From Arcobacteraceae bacterium (GTDB taxonomy: Bacteria; Campylobacterota; Campylobacteria; Campylobacterales; Arcobacteraceae): DNA of 64,000 bases. The position numbers were made by a program, and so were the translations under genes. The notes beneath the pieces are model-generated. The model was not told the DNA's origin, made no database searches, and saw only the letters and a list, made by a program, of their open reading frames with translations. Location: NCBI GenBank assembly GCA_963676205.2, contig CAXXUS010000001.1, forward strand, positions 79,725 to 143,724, read 5' to 3'. Of the stretch, positions 30,033-38,401 are shown one piece after another. The first letter of the stretch is position 1; every line of letters starts with the position of its first letter.

Positions 30033-30157
30033 GTGTTTTTTTACTATTTTTTAAGGTAGCAACTGTTTGAATGGATAAAGGTGCTAAATGCACCTTTAGG
30101 AATGAGTTCCGCAAGCAAGTAAAACAATATCGATAATTTTTAGGTACCTATCGTAGA

Positions 30158-30177
30158 TAGGCTTCGAAATGTGGTTG
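30158..30177. repeat. Right copy of the imperfect inverted repeat flanking the IS110-family recombinase
   Basis: TAGGCTTCGAAATGTGGTTG is the reverse-complement partner of 28729-28750. Confidence 0.4.
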
Positions 30178-30250
30178 TTTTTGGTTACTTTTTGTCAATA
30201 CAAAAGTAACATAAGCGAAAAGCTAAAAGCCTTTCAAAAAAAGAAAGAAA

Positions 30251-33211
30251 CTATTCCTCTTCCACCGCACTATAATGCAATTCAAGTCCTTTACTTGTAG
30301 TTACAAAACCGTTAATATTTAAACGCCCCTCATGCACCATCTTATGGTGTTTTTTACAAAGTGGGATAAGGTTGAATTTATGGTTTTGGTTAATATGCCC
30401 TATAAATCCTCTCTCATCGGCACTTTGCTGCTCTTTTATATGATGTACCTCATCCACGGGTGCCCCACATATTGCGCAAGTGCTCATATAAAGATCACGG
30501 TTGTATTTTGAGGTTTTTTTGTGCGTTAATCGCTCAACAGAACTGTAATCATCGGTGATACGTTTACGAATATCATTTGCAACGCGTAAAAACTCACTAT
30601 CCATATGCAAGGATTTTGCAAACTCTAAGCCGTAAATTGAACTACCGCTTCCGTATTTTAGTTTTCTATCAAAGATCAGTTTATCTTTCTCATCCTCATA
30701 CATTACACTTAAGTGCAAGCAGATAATATTTGTAAGTTTTTCTATCTCTTCAAGCTCGGGGAGCTGGTGTAGGTGTGTCGCAAAAAGGAAGATCGATTCA
30801 AGTTTTGCTAGTTTTAAAATAGCACTTGCAACAATACTTACTCCACTCATAGTCTCGGTTGAGTGACTGATCTCATCACCTAAAACAAGCGAGTTTTTTG
30901 TAGCACGGTTAAATATATTTTTTAGCTCCATCATCTCTACAGCGAACGATGAAAGCCCTTTTGCGATATTATCGCTTCCGCTGATTCTTGTAAATACTGC
31001 GTCAAAAATAGCAAAACGCATCGACTTTGCAGGTACGAAAAATCCAGCTTGAGCTAAGATCACTGCCATCCCTACAGATTTCATTAGTGAGCTTTTTCCA
31101 CTGCTGTTGATCCCATAAAGCAATACACCGTGCATATGGTTTTGAAGCAGATTTACAGGTCGTGCATTTTTAATGATCACATTATCTTTTTGCTCTTTTC
31201 CAGCAAGTCCTAGATCACCTAGAATAATATCGTTTGGTACATATATACCACCCTCTTCGTTTGATTCTATGATCGGGTGGCGCAGTTCTAAAACCTCTAT
31301 AAAGTTTTGATCATCTTTAGCTTTTACGATTTTAGGGCACACATAGTTGTATTTTTTTGCCGTTTTAATATTAGATACAGTTAGGTCAACCTCGGCGATA
31401 AAACTAACAAGTTCTTCTAAAAGAGAGGCGAATTTTTTCTCAAACTCTTTGACTTTCTCTTTAAATACAAGCTTATTAAGCTCTATTATCTTTTGCTGGT
31501 TTGCTACATATTTATCGCTGATATTCTCGATCAAAGTGTTTGTGATCTTTACGTTATTGGTCTGCACTTTTATATTAAAATCTTTAAACAAATACAGTTC
31601 ATCATCAATAATTAGGTGTGAAGCTTCAAGCTCTTTTTTTATTAGGTTGTAGCGGTTTTTAGTGATCCCTAAAAAGAACCCCTCTTTTTCTAGGCGGTTG
31701 ATACTTACAAAGTTTGTATCGCTTGTATTTAAAAACCCTAAGATATGTTCTCTAAACACCTCTAGCTTTTGTTTTAGTTCACTATTTTGGAAGTTAAGCT
31801 CATCGATTTGAAGATTTACGCCAGCACTTATCATATTATCTTCCACATCTTTTAACATATAGCGTCCACTCACACTTAGATCAAAAGTGGCATTGATATT
31901 ATCGATAAACTGCATTATATCACCCGAACTGCATGGCGGTGTTACAAACTTATAGTTCTCCATAAACGTAACGATCTCTTTAATACTTAAAAGTGAATCG
32001 TTAAGATAATTTAGCTCAAAAGGGTGCAGACGATTTAGTTTTATACGTCTTGTAAGGCGCTCTATATCATAGATATTTGCCAGCTCATTTTCTATAGGCG
32101 CGGTGTAATCATAAAGCTCTTTAGATAGGTTGTACCTACGCTGTAGCTCTTTGGCATCTTTGATAGGATGGGTTAAACGCTCTTTTAAAAGCCTCTTTCC
32201 CATAGCAGTTGAAGTATTTGTTAAAAGTCTTAAGAGTGATGGGTTATGGGTGGTCTCAATAATATTTAACTGCTCTAAGGCATTGTTTCCAAGGTAAACA
32301 TATTTGCTTACATCAAGTTTTACGGGGTGGCTTAGTTTTTGGATAATATTTGCATCATGCCCTATTACAAAATCTATTAAAATAGCTAAAGACTCAGAAG
32401 CTATCGGGTAGCGCTCTAGATCTAAATGCTCTATAGGGGTTAGAAGAGATTCAATATTAAATACGTTTTTAAATAGCTCATTTTGATACCCTATCTTAGC
32501 TCTAAAATTTGAGATATGAAAGGTTTTTTTTGAAAGCTCTAGATACTCAATGATCTCATTTTGGTTTATATTTTTATCACAAAATGTTACAACCACTTCC
32601 GAGGTTTTATGCATATTCATATAGTTAAACACTTCATCTAAAGCAAAGCTTGGATCCTCGCTTGTACCGTACACTTCGTTGATATAACATTTTCCCGTTG
32701 TTACATCTATTGCACTGTAACCCACTAAATAGTTGCCGTTTATTTGATCTATAGTTAAAGAGGTGATATTGTTCTCATCTTGATTTACCACAAAATCAAA
32801 GTTCGTCCCTGGGCTTATCACTGCATCTAAATAGCGGCTTACTTTTGGCGGTACACCTTTTTGTTTGATAATAGCTACAGTGTATTTTTGCTCATTTATA
32901 ATACGCGCTAAGTGTTTTTCAAAAGAGATCGCTGGAACACCTGCCATCATAGGATTCTCTTGGGAGTTTTCTAAAATAGTTTTATTTTTACGAGTAAGCT
33001 GAATATTTAAAAGCTCTGCTATCTCTTTAGCTTTACCTATCTGCTCCTCATCGTTATTTACCTCATACACTTCATAAAAAGTACCAAGCTCCATTAAAAC
33101 AACACTGTGTTTACCGTATTTGCTCTCAAAAAGTTTTTGAAGCTTAAAATAGGTGACCGTTAAAAGCTCTTTTTTATTCTCTAATAGTTCTGCTACCTCT
33201 TGTGCAAGCAT
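30251..33211 (-). CDS. MutS-family protein with C-terminal HNH endonuclease (MutS7-type)
   Basis: Mismatch-domain-like N-terminus (GTFYEVYE, MAGVPAISFEKHL). ABC ATPase (GINSSGKSSLMKSVG; LVLGDEISHSTET; ATH). C-terminal HNH (CAICGAPVDEVHHIKEQ...NLIPLCKKHHKMVHEG). 986 aa. Confidence 0.85.
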   Translation of the reverse strand: MLAQEVAELLENKKELLTVTYFKLQKLFESKYGKHSVVLMELGTFYEVYEVNNDEEQIGKAKEIAELLNIQLTRKNKTILENSQENPMMAGVPAISFEKHLARIINEQKYTVAIIKQKGVPPKVSRYLDAVISPGTNFDFVVNQDENNITSLTIDQINGNYLVGYSAIDVTTGKCYINEVYGTSEDPSFALDEVFNYMNMHKTSEVVVTFCDKNINQNEIIEYLELSKKTFHISNFRAKIGYQNELFKNVFNIESLLTPIEHLDLERYPIASESLAILIDFVIGHDANIIQKLSHPVKLDVSKYVYLGNNALEQLNIIETTHNPSLLRLLTNTSTAMGKRLLKERLTHPIKDAKELQRRYNLSKELYDYTAPIENELANIYDIERLTRRIKLNRLHPFELNYLNDSLLSIKEIVTFMENYKFVTPPCSSGDIMQFIDNINATFDLSVSGRYMLKDVEDNMISAGVNLQIDELNFQNSELKQKLEVFREHILGFLNTSDTNFVSINRLEKEGFFLGITKNRYNLIKKELEASHLIIDDELYLFKDFNIKVQTNNVKITNTLIENISDKYVANQQKIIELNKLVFKEKVKEFEKKFASLLEELVSFIAEVDLTVSNIKTAKKYNYVCPKIVKAKDDQNFIEVLELRHPIIESNEEGGIYVPNDIILGDLGLAGKEQKDNVIIKNARPVNLLQNHMHGVLLYGINSSGKSSLMKSVGMAVILAQAGFFVPAKSMRFAIFDAVFTRISGSDNIAKGLSSFAVEMMELKNIFNRATKNSLVLGDEISHSTETMSGVSIVASAILKLAKLESIFLFATHLHQLPELEEIEKLTNIICLHLSVMYEDEKDKLIFDRKLKYGSGSSIYGLEFAKSLHMDSEFLRVANDIRKRITDDYSSVERLTHKKTSKYNRDLYMSTCAICGAPVDEVHHIKEQQSADERGFIGHINQNHKFNLIPLCKKHHKMVHEGRLNINGFVTTSKGLELHYSAVEEE

Positions 33212-33630
33212 TATTTACGAACTCCAGTCCAATCTCTTATCAGATTACGCTCTTCTTTACTAAGGTTTGCTTCCTCGTGAAAATATATATATGAGCCTAA
33301 AGGCATAGCAGCATAAACGCTTCTATATATCCCTTTTAGTCTTTTTTGTTTATCCTCTTCACTATAGTTTTCCCAAGTTGAGAAGTTAAGCCAAGCACGT
33401 CCATGTTTTACATGTGAAGCTATACTCCACGAAAACGGTGCCACATAAGAGTACCAAGGCCATTTTACCTCATTTGAGTGGCAGTCATAGCACGCTTTTT
33501 TAAATATCCCCATCACCTGTTCATCAGCTTTTATCTCAAGCTCTTTAGGTGTAGTGGGATTTGTTTTATCTGTTTGTATAAACTGCATTAGTATAACAAC
33601 TGCAAAAATTATGATCAAAGCTCTTTTCAT
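33211..33630 (-). CDS. Haem-binding-domain (Haem_bd) protein, membrane anchored
   Basis: N-terminal TM/signal, then CYDCHSNEVKWPWYSYVAPFSWSIASHVKHGRAWLNFSTW. TAATG overlap with the mutS7-like start. Confidence 0.7.
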   Translation of the reverse strand: MKRALIIIFAVVILMQFIQTDKTNPTTPKELEIKADEQVMGIFKKACYDCHSNEVKWPWYSYVAPFSWSIASHVKHGRAWLNFSTWENYSEEDKQKRLKGIYRSVYAAMPLGSYIYFHEEANLSKEERNLIRDWTGVRK

Positions 33631-33642
33631 ATATCTATTCCC

Positions 33643-33960
33643 TTATGAAACCATTATCTCATACGGTCTTTTTAACTCTTGTATAAAAGCCGATATGGAT
33701 AGATTTCTTGATTTTCTAATAAACTCTTTACCGTCTAAAAAAACTAAAATAGTCGGTACGGCAAAGACATTGAACTCTGCACTGATATTTTGATTTAAAG
33801 CAGCATCGATATATATCTGCTCTATAAGTGGAAAGTTTTGATCTAGCGCATCTTTTATCTTTGGCTTTAAAGCCTCACAAACGCCGCAGTCTTGCCCGCT
33901 AAAATAGAGCATAACCCCGCTTTTGTTATTTATTGTCTCTTTTATCGTTTCTATAGTCAT
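33643..33960 (-). CDS. Thioredoxin-fold protein
   Basis: 105 aa. Redox motif CGVC in MLYFSGQDCGVCEALKP and the cis-Pro region (AVPTILVF). Confidence 0.75.
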   Translation of the reverse strand: MTIETIKETINNKSGVMLYFSGQDCGVCEALKPKIKDALDQNFPLIEQIYIDAALNQNISAEFNVFAVPTILVFLDGKEFIRKSRNLSISAFIQELKRPYEIMVS

Positions 33961-34023
33961 AGAGATATTGTATCAAAAAAATGTTTTGGAACTATTTAGT
34001 AATATTTTTGTATAATTTTTACC

Positions 34024-37000
34024 ATGAGTTTAAAGAAATTATTAATACCCCTTTTTATACTAATCATCTCATCATTTGCAAACGATAAAATATCGGTTCA
34101 GCTCGTATGGAAACATCAGTTCGAGTTTGCAGGGTTTTATATGGCAAAAGAGAAAGGCTTTTATAAAGATGCCGGTCTTGATGTGGAGCTAAAAGAGTTT
34201 AACTTCGGTATAGATATCACACAAGAGGTTGTTGAGGGTAAATCAACATACGGAGTAAATTATCCAAGCGTGATACTAGAGCATGCAAACGGAAGCCCCG
34301 TAGTGATACTAAATGCTATTTTACAATCCTCTCCACACGTTTTGGTCACACTTAAATCAAGCGGTATAAGATCTATAGAAGATTTTAAAGATAAAAAGAT
34401 AATGATATTTAACAATGCTATAAAATCCGCATCACTAAGAAGTATGTTAAACTCTCAAGGGGTATCTGTAAAAGATATGAAACTTCTTCCAAGTAAGTTT
34501 AACATTGATACTCTGCTTGATGGAACGACTGATATAAAATCGTGCTTTTTATCAAATGAGGTTTATGAACTAAAACAAAAGCGTATCAAATACGATATCT
34601 GGGACCCTAAAGATTACGGTTTTGATTTTTATGAGGGTATTTTATTTACATCTAAAAAAGAGATAGAGGAGAACCCTCAAAGGGTAAAGAGTTTTCAAGA
34701 TGCTACTCTTAAAGGGTGGGAGTACGCTTTTGAACATATAGATGAAACTATCGAAGTGATCTTAAAAAAATACAACTCACAACACAAAACAAAAAAAGCT
34801 TTAAGGTATGAAGCAGAAGTTTTAAGAGCCTTAGCATACTACAAAGTTGATAAGATAGGTACTATCGATAAGAATAAGATACAAAGAATATATGATATCT
34901 ACAACATTATGGGTCTAACAAAAAACAAGCTCAATATGGATGATATGATCTTTGATGAGGGTGTTCAAAGTCTAAATCTAAGTACAAAAGAGAAAAACTA
35001 TCTAAAAAATAAAAAGCAGATAACTATGTGTGTTGACCCTGATTGGGCACCTTTTGAAAAGTTGGAAGATCATAAACATATTGGTATTGCAGCTGATTAT
35101 ATTAAATATATTCAAAAAACCCTTCCCGTACCTATCAAAGTGCTTGAGACAAAAAGCTGGCTGGAATCTATAGAGTTTGCCAAACAAAGAAAATGCGATA
35201 TCTTTTCACTAGCAATGAAAACACCACAAAGAACAGACTATATGAACTTTACAAGTCCATACCTAAAAATACCGATGGTGATGGCTACAAAAACGGGCGT
35301 TTCTTATGTTGAAGATATCTCTAAATTAAAAGATGAAAAGATAGCTTTGATCAAAGGGTATGCAAGTTCAGATATTTTGGTTAAAAGATATAAGAACATA
35401 GATTTTATAGAGGTAAAAACATTAGATGAGGGACTTAAACTTGTAGCAGCTGGTAAGGTGTTTGGAGTTATAGAAAACCTAGCCGTTATTACAAATAAGA
35501 TAGAGCAAGAGTATATAGGTATGCTGCAGATATCTGCAAAACTAAAAGAGAAGTTTGAACTTGGTATTGGTGCTAGAAACGATGAACCTCTTCTTGTAAA
35601 TATTTTTGAAAAATCTATCAAGAATATTAGTGAAGAAACAAATATAAATATTATGCAAAAATGGCTTCCCGTAAGTATATTAGATGGTAAGCAAGGTGAA
35701 AAACAGGTCAATCTAACAAAAAATCAAAAAGAGTATCTTAAAAATAAAAAGATAATCAAAATGTGTAATAACCCAACTTGGGCTCCTATTGAGTTCTCAA
35801 CTGAGATATTTGATAACCAAACTACACAACGCCACAATATGCAAGGTATTGCCATAGATACTCTTAAACTCTTAGAGGCTAAGCTCAATGTAAAATTTGA
35901 ACATATACATACTAAAGACTGGGGTGAATCACAGCAGTTCTTAAAAGATGGGAAATGTGATATTTTGCCTGCTGCAATAGAAACAAAAAAGAGAAAAGAG
36001 TATGCAATATTTACAGAGCCCTACTTAAGCTACGAACTTGCAGTTATCACTAAAAGCGGTCACCCTATAGTATATAACTTCGATGATATGCTAAATAAAA
36101 CAATGGCTAGAAAAAAAGCTTCAGGGCTTATACAAACTCTTAAAAATAAATACCCTACTATAAATATCTTAGAAACAGAAAATACAAAAGAGGCTTTTTT
36201 AAGTATTTCAAACGGTGAAGCCGACTATACGGTCGCGGTTCTTCCCGTAGCATCTTACTATATCTCAAAACTAGCTATAAACAATCTACAGATATCGGGT
36301 TATCTTGATATGAGGTATGATCTATCTATTGCCGTTAAAAAGAATGAACCTATACTACGAGAGATATTAGATGAAGCTTTAAAAACAATAACTTGGAAAG
36401 AGAAAAAAGATATAACCGATAAGTGGACAAAGTCTATTATCAAAGAGATCACAAATATGAGACTTGTCTGGCAAACTTTAGGTGTGGTTTTTGTGATAAT
36501 ACTATTATTGCTTTATAGACAATATACACTTGGCAAATACAATAAAAAACTAAAACAAACAAAGTTAGAACTTGAAAACTCCCTAAAAGAGATACAGCAT
36601 ATTATCGATACAACCATCGAGGGCTTGATAATACTTGAAGAGGGAAAATGTATAAATGTAAATAATGAGGTTGTATCATTATTTGGATTTAAAGATAAAC
36701 AAGAGATTATAGGGTTAAAAGCTATAGACTTTATCGCTCCGCAGAGTAGATCTTTGGTTGAAGCGAATATGCTTTTAGAAAAATCGGAACCTTACGAGGT
36801 GATGGCTATCAAAAAAGACGGCTCGGTATTTCCTACACTACTTAGAGGTCAAAACTTCTATACTGAACAAAAATCAATGAGGATCGTAGGTATACTCGAT
36901 CTTAGTGAGGTAAAACAAAAAGATAAACTTATAGCAGACCAGTCAAAGATGGCAGCGATGGGTGAGATGATAGGAAATATCGCACACCAATGGAGACAAC

Positions 37001-37644
37001 CTTTATCTGTGATATCTGTAGCTGCTAGTAGTATGAAGATGAAAAGCAAGTTTAATAAACTTGAACCTGAAGAGATACAAAGCAATGCCGATAGTATAGT
37101 AAAAAGTACAAAGTATCTTTCACAAACAATTGATGACTTTAGAGATTTTATAAAAGGTAGTAAAACTCCTCGTAAATTTGATATCAATACAAATATAAAA
37201 AGAGATCTTTCGATCTTAGAGGGTATGCTTAAAGCAAACGATATAGAGGTTGTATTAGAACTAGAAAAAGATCTTGAGGTTGTAAACTATGAAAATGAAC
37301 TTACCCAAGCAGTGATCAATATAATGAACAACTCTAAAGATGCCTTAAAGATATCTAATTTAGAGAGAAAACTTATATTTATACAAACTTATAAAAAAGA
37401 GAACTACTGCTATATCAATATAAAAGATAATGCAAACGGTATCAATGAAAATATCATAGATAAGATATTTGAGCCTTACTTTACTACTAAACACCAAAGT
37501 CAAGGTACAGGACTTGGTCTTTTTATGACACATAAGATATTAACAGAGAGTATGCAAGGTGATATAAAAGTGTATAATAAAAAATATACTTTTGAAGGTA
37601 TCTCTTATAAAGGTGCTCTATTTCAAATAAAACTTCCCCTATAA
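34024..37644 (+). CDS. Large sensor histidine kinase with three periplasmic solute-binding modules
   Basis: Signal/TM. NMT1/ABC-substrate-binding-like module (~20-300). Two family-3 SBP modules (MCVDPDWAPFE..., MCNNPTWAPIEF...). TM (~805-825). PAS. H-box IGNIAHQWRQPLSVIS. N/G boxes (NIMNNSKDA, GTGLGLFM). 1206 aa. Confidence 0.9.
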   Translation: MSLKKLLIPLFILIISSFANDKISVQLVWKHQFEFAGFYMAKEKGFYKDAGLDVELKEFNFGIDITQEVVEGKSTYGVNYPSVILEHANGSPVVILNAILQSSPHVLVTLKSSGIRSIEDFKDKKIMIFNNAIKSASLRSMLNSQGVSVKDMKLLPSKFNIDTLLDGTTDIKSCFLSNEVYELKQKRIKYDIWDPKDYGFDFYEGILFTSKKEIEENPQRVKSFQDATLKGWEYAFEHIDETIEVILKKYNSQHKTKKALRYEAEVLRALAYYKVDKIGTIDKNKIQRIYDIYNIMGLTKNKLNMDDMIFDEGVQSLNLSTKEKNYLKNKKQITMCVDPDWAPFEKLEDHKHIGIAADYIKYIQKTLPVPIKVLETKSWLESIEFAKQRKCDIFSLAMKTPQRTDYMNFTSPYLKIPMVMATKTGVSYVEDISKLKDEKIALIKGYASSDILVKRYKNIDFIEVKTLDEGLKLVAAGKVFGVIENLAVITNKIEQEYIGMLQISAKLKEKFELGIGARNDEPLLVNIFEKSIKNISEETNINIMQKWLPVSILDGKQGEKQVNLTKNQKEYLKNKKIIKMCNNPTWAPIEFSTEIFDNQTTQRHNMQGIAIDTLKLLEAKLNVKFEHIHTKDWGESQQFLKDGKCDILPAAIETKKRKEYAIFTEPYLSYELAVITKSGHPIVYNFDDMLNKTMARKKASGLIQTLKNKYPTINILETENTKEAFLSISNGEADYTVAVLPVASYYISKLAINNLQISGYLDMRYDLSIAVKKNEPILREILDEALKTITWKEKKDITDKWTKSIIKEITNMRLVWQTLGVVFVIILLLLYRQYTLGKYNKKLKQTKLELENSLKEIQHIIDTTIEGLIILEEGKCINVNNEVVSLFGFKDKQEIIGLKAIDFIAPQSRSLVEANMLLEKSEPYEVMAIKKDGSVFPTLLRGQNFYTEQKSMRIVGILDLSEVKQKDKLIADQSKMAAMGEMIGNIAHQWRQPLSVISVAASSMKMKSKFNKLEPEEIQSNADSIVKSTKYLSQTIDDFRDFIKGSKTPRKFDINTNIKRDLSILEGMLKANDIEVVLELEKDLEVVNYENELTQAVINIMNNSKDALKISNLERKLIFIQTYKKENYCYINIKDNANGINENIIDKIFEPYFTTKHQSQGTGLGLFMTHKILTESMQGDIKVYNKKYTFEGISYKGALFQIKLPL

Positions 37645-37678
37645 AAAAAGGCTAGAGGTGAAACCCCTAGCCTTTTTT
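37643..37678. terminator. Bidirectional rho-independent terminator between the convergent kinase and tpx genes
   Basis: AAAAAA-AGGCTAGAGG-tgaaa-CCCCTAGCCT-TTTTTT. GC-containing stem with one mismatch, A-run on one side and T-run on the other. Confidence 0.7.
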
Positions 37679-37695
37679 ATGAACTTAGCTATAAA

Positions 37696-38208
37696 TTAAA
37701 CAGCAGCTTTCGCAGCCTCTAAAGCCTCATCGTAATTTGGCTCTTCAGTGATCTCAGGTACAAGTTGTTTATATGCAACTTTACCATCTTTTCCAACTAC
37801 AAAGATAGCTCTACAAGTAACACCTGCAAGTGCACCATCAGCTACTAGTACACCATAAGCATTTGCAAAATCTTTGTTTCTAAAGTCACTTGCAACCGTT
37901 AGGTTAGCGATACCTTCAGCAGTACAAAATCTTCCTGCAGCAAAAGGTAGGTCCATAGATACAACTGTTGTATCTACACCTTCGATAGATGCAGCACTTT
38001 CATTGAACTTTCTAGTCTCAGCCGCACAAACAGGAGTATCTAAAGATGGTACTACAACGATTAGTTGTACACTATCTTGTGAACCACCCACTACTTTATC
38101 TGCTAAACCTTCACAATTTACTACAGTAACTTCTGGAGCATTGTCACCTACATTGATCTCATTTCCTGCTAAATTACAAGCATTACCTTTTAGAGTAACT
38201 GTTGCCAT
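37696..38208 (-). CDS. tpx: Thiol peroxidase (atypical 2-Cys peroxiredoxin)
   Basis: VTLKGN...AP, VPSLDTPVC (peroxidatic Cys), GRFCTAEG (resolving Cys region). 170 aa. Confidence 0.9.
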   Translation of the reverse strand: MATVTLKGNACNLAGNEINVGDNAPEVTVVNCEGLADKVVGGSQDSVQLIVVVPSLDTPVCAAETRKFNESAASIEGVDTTVVSMDLPFAAGRFCTAEGIANLTVASDFRNKDFANAYGVLVADGALAGVTCRAIFVVGKDGKVAYKQLVPEITEEPNYDEALEAAKAAV

Positions 38209-38401
38209 TTTTTTCCTTTTTAATAAAAATTTGTTTGTATGCAGAAGAATTATAAATTAAATAGGATAAATTTAGTCTTAATTAAAAAACTTAGCTTTTT
38301 TGAAAAATTTAAAATAAATTTTTTTAATAATTTCATAACACTTTAATATTCTTTATATATAATTATGTCACTAAATTGTAATAGTTAAGGAAAATAGGCA
38401 G

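Larger units (their letters stand above)
28729..30177 (+). mobile_element. IS110/IS1111-family insertion sequence (boundaries provisional, set by the imperfect inverted repeat)
   Basis: DEDD recombinase ORF plus flanking non-coding arms. The IR pair 28729-28750 / 30158-30177 encloses 1449 bp, within the usual size range for this family. Ends not verified. Confidence 0.5.

Noticed and set aside
28928-30063. GTAGCAAC at 28928-28935 and 30056-30063 as a target-site duplication defining a shorter IS.
   Set aside because: An 8-mer match between windows of this size is expected by chance. IS110-family elements generally do not make 8-bp duplications. The implied left arm (116 nt) would exclude the inverted repeat. 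I kept it only as a possible guide-segment clue.
30184-30210. 9-bp perfect hairpin (GTTACTTTT...AAAAGTAAC) as the terminator of the mutS7-like gene or the IS recombinase.
   Set aside because: No U-tract follows it on either strand. Its position just outside the right IR fits better with a palindromic insertion target, though that too is unproven.
35304-35711. 135-aa antisense ORF inside the large kinase gene. The track has many similar shadow ORFs, for example 1405-1638, 5782-6123, 10626-10955, 19034-19387, 22575-22913, 31347-31652, 36858-37187, 37874-38260, 40485-40802, 44452-44787, 48053-48502 and 55191-55379.
   Set aside because: Each lies wholly within, and opposite to or out of frame with, a gene supported by multiple conserved motifs. 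Their translations are low-complexity Ser/Phe/Ile/Leu-rich strings, as expected from the complement of AT-rich coding DNA. None has a recognisable motif or RBS.
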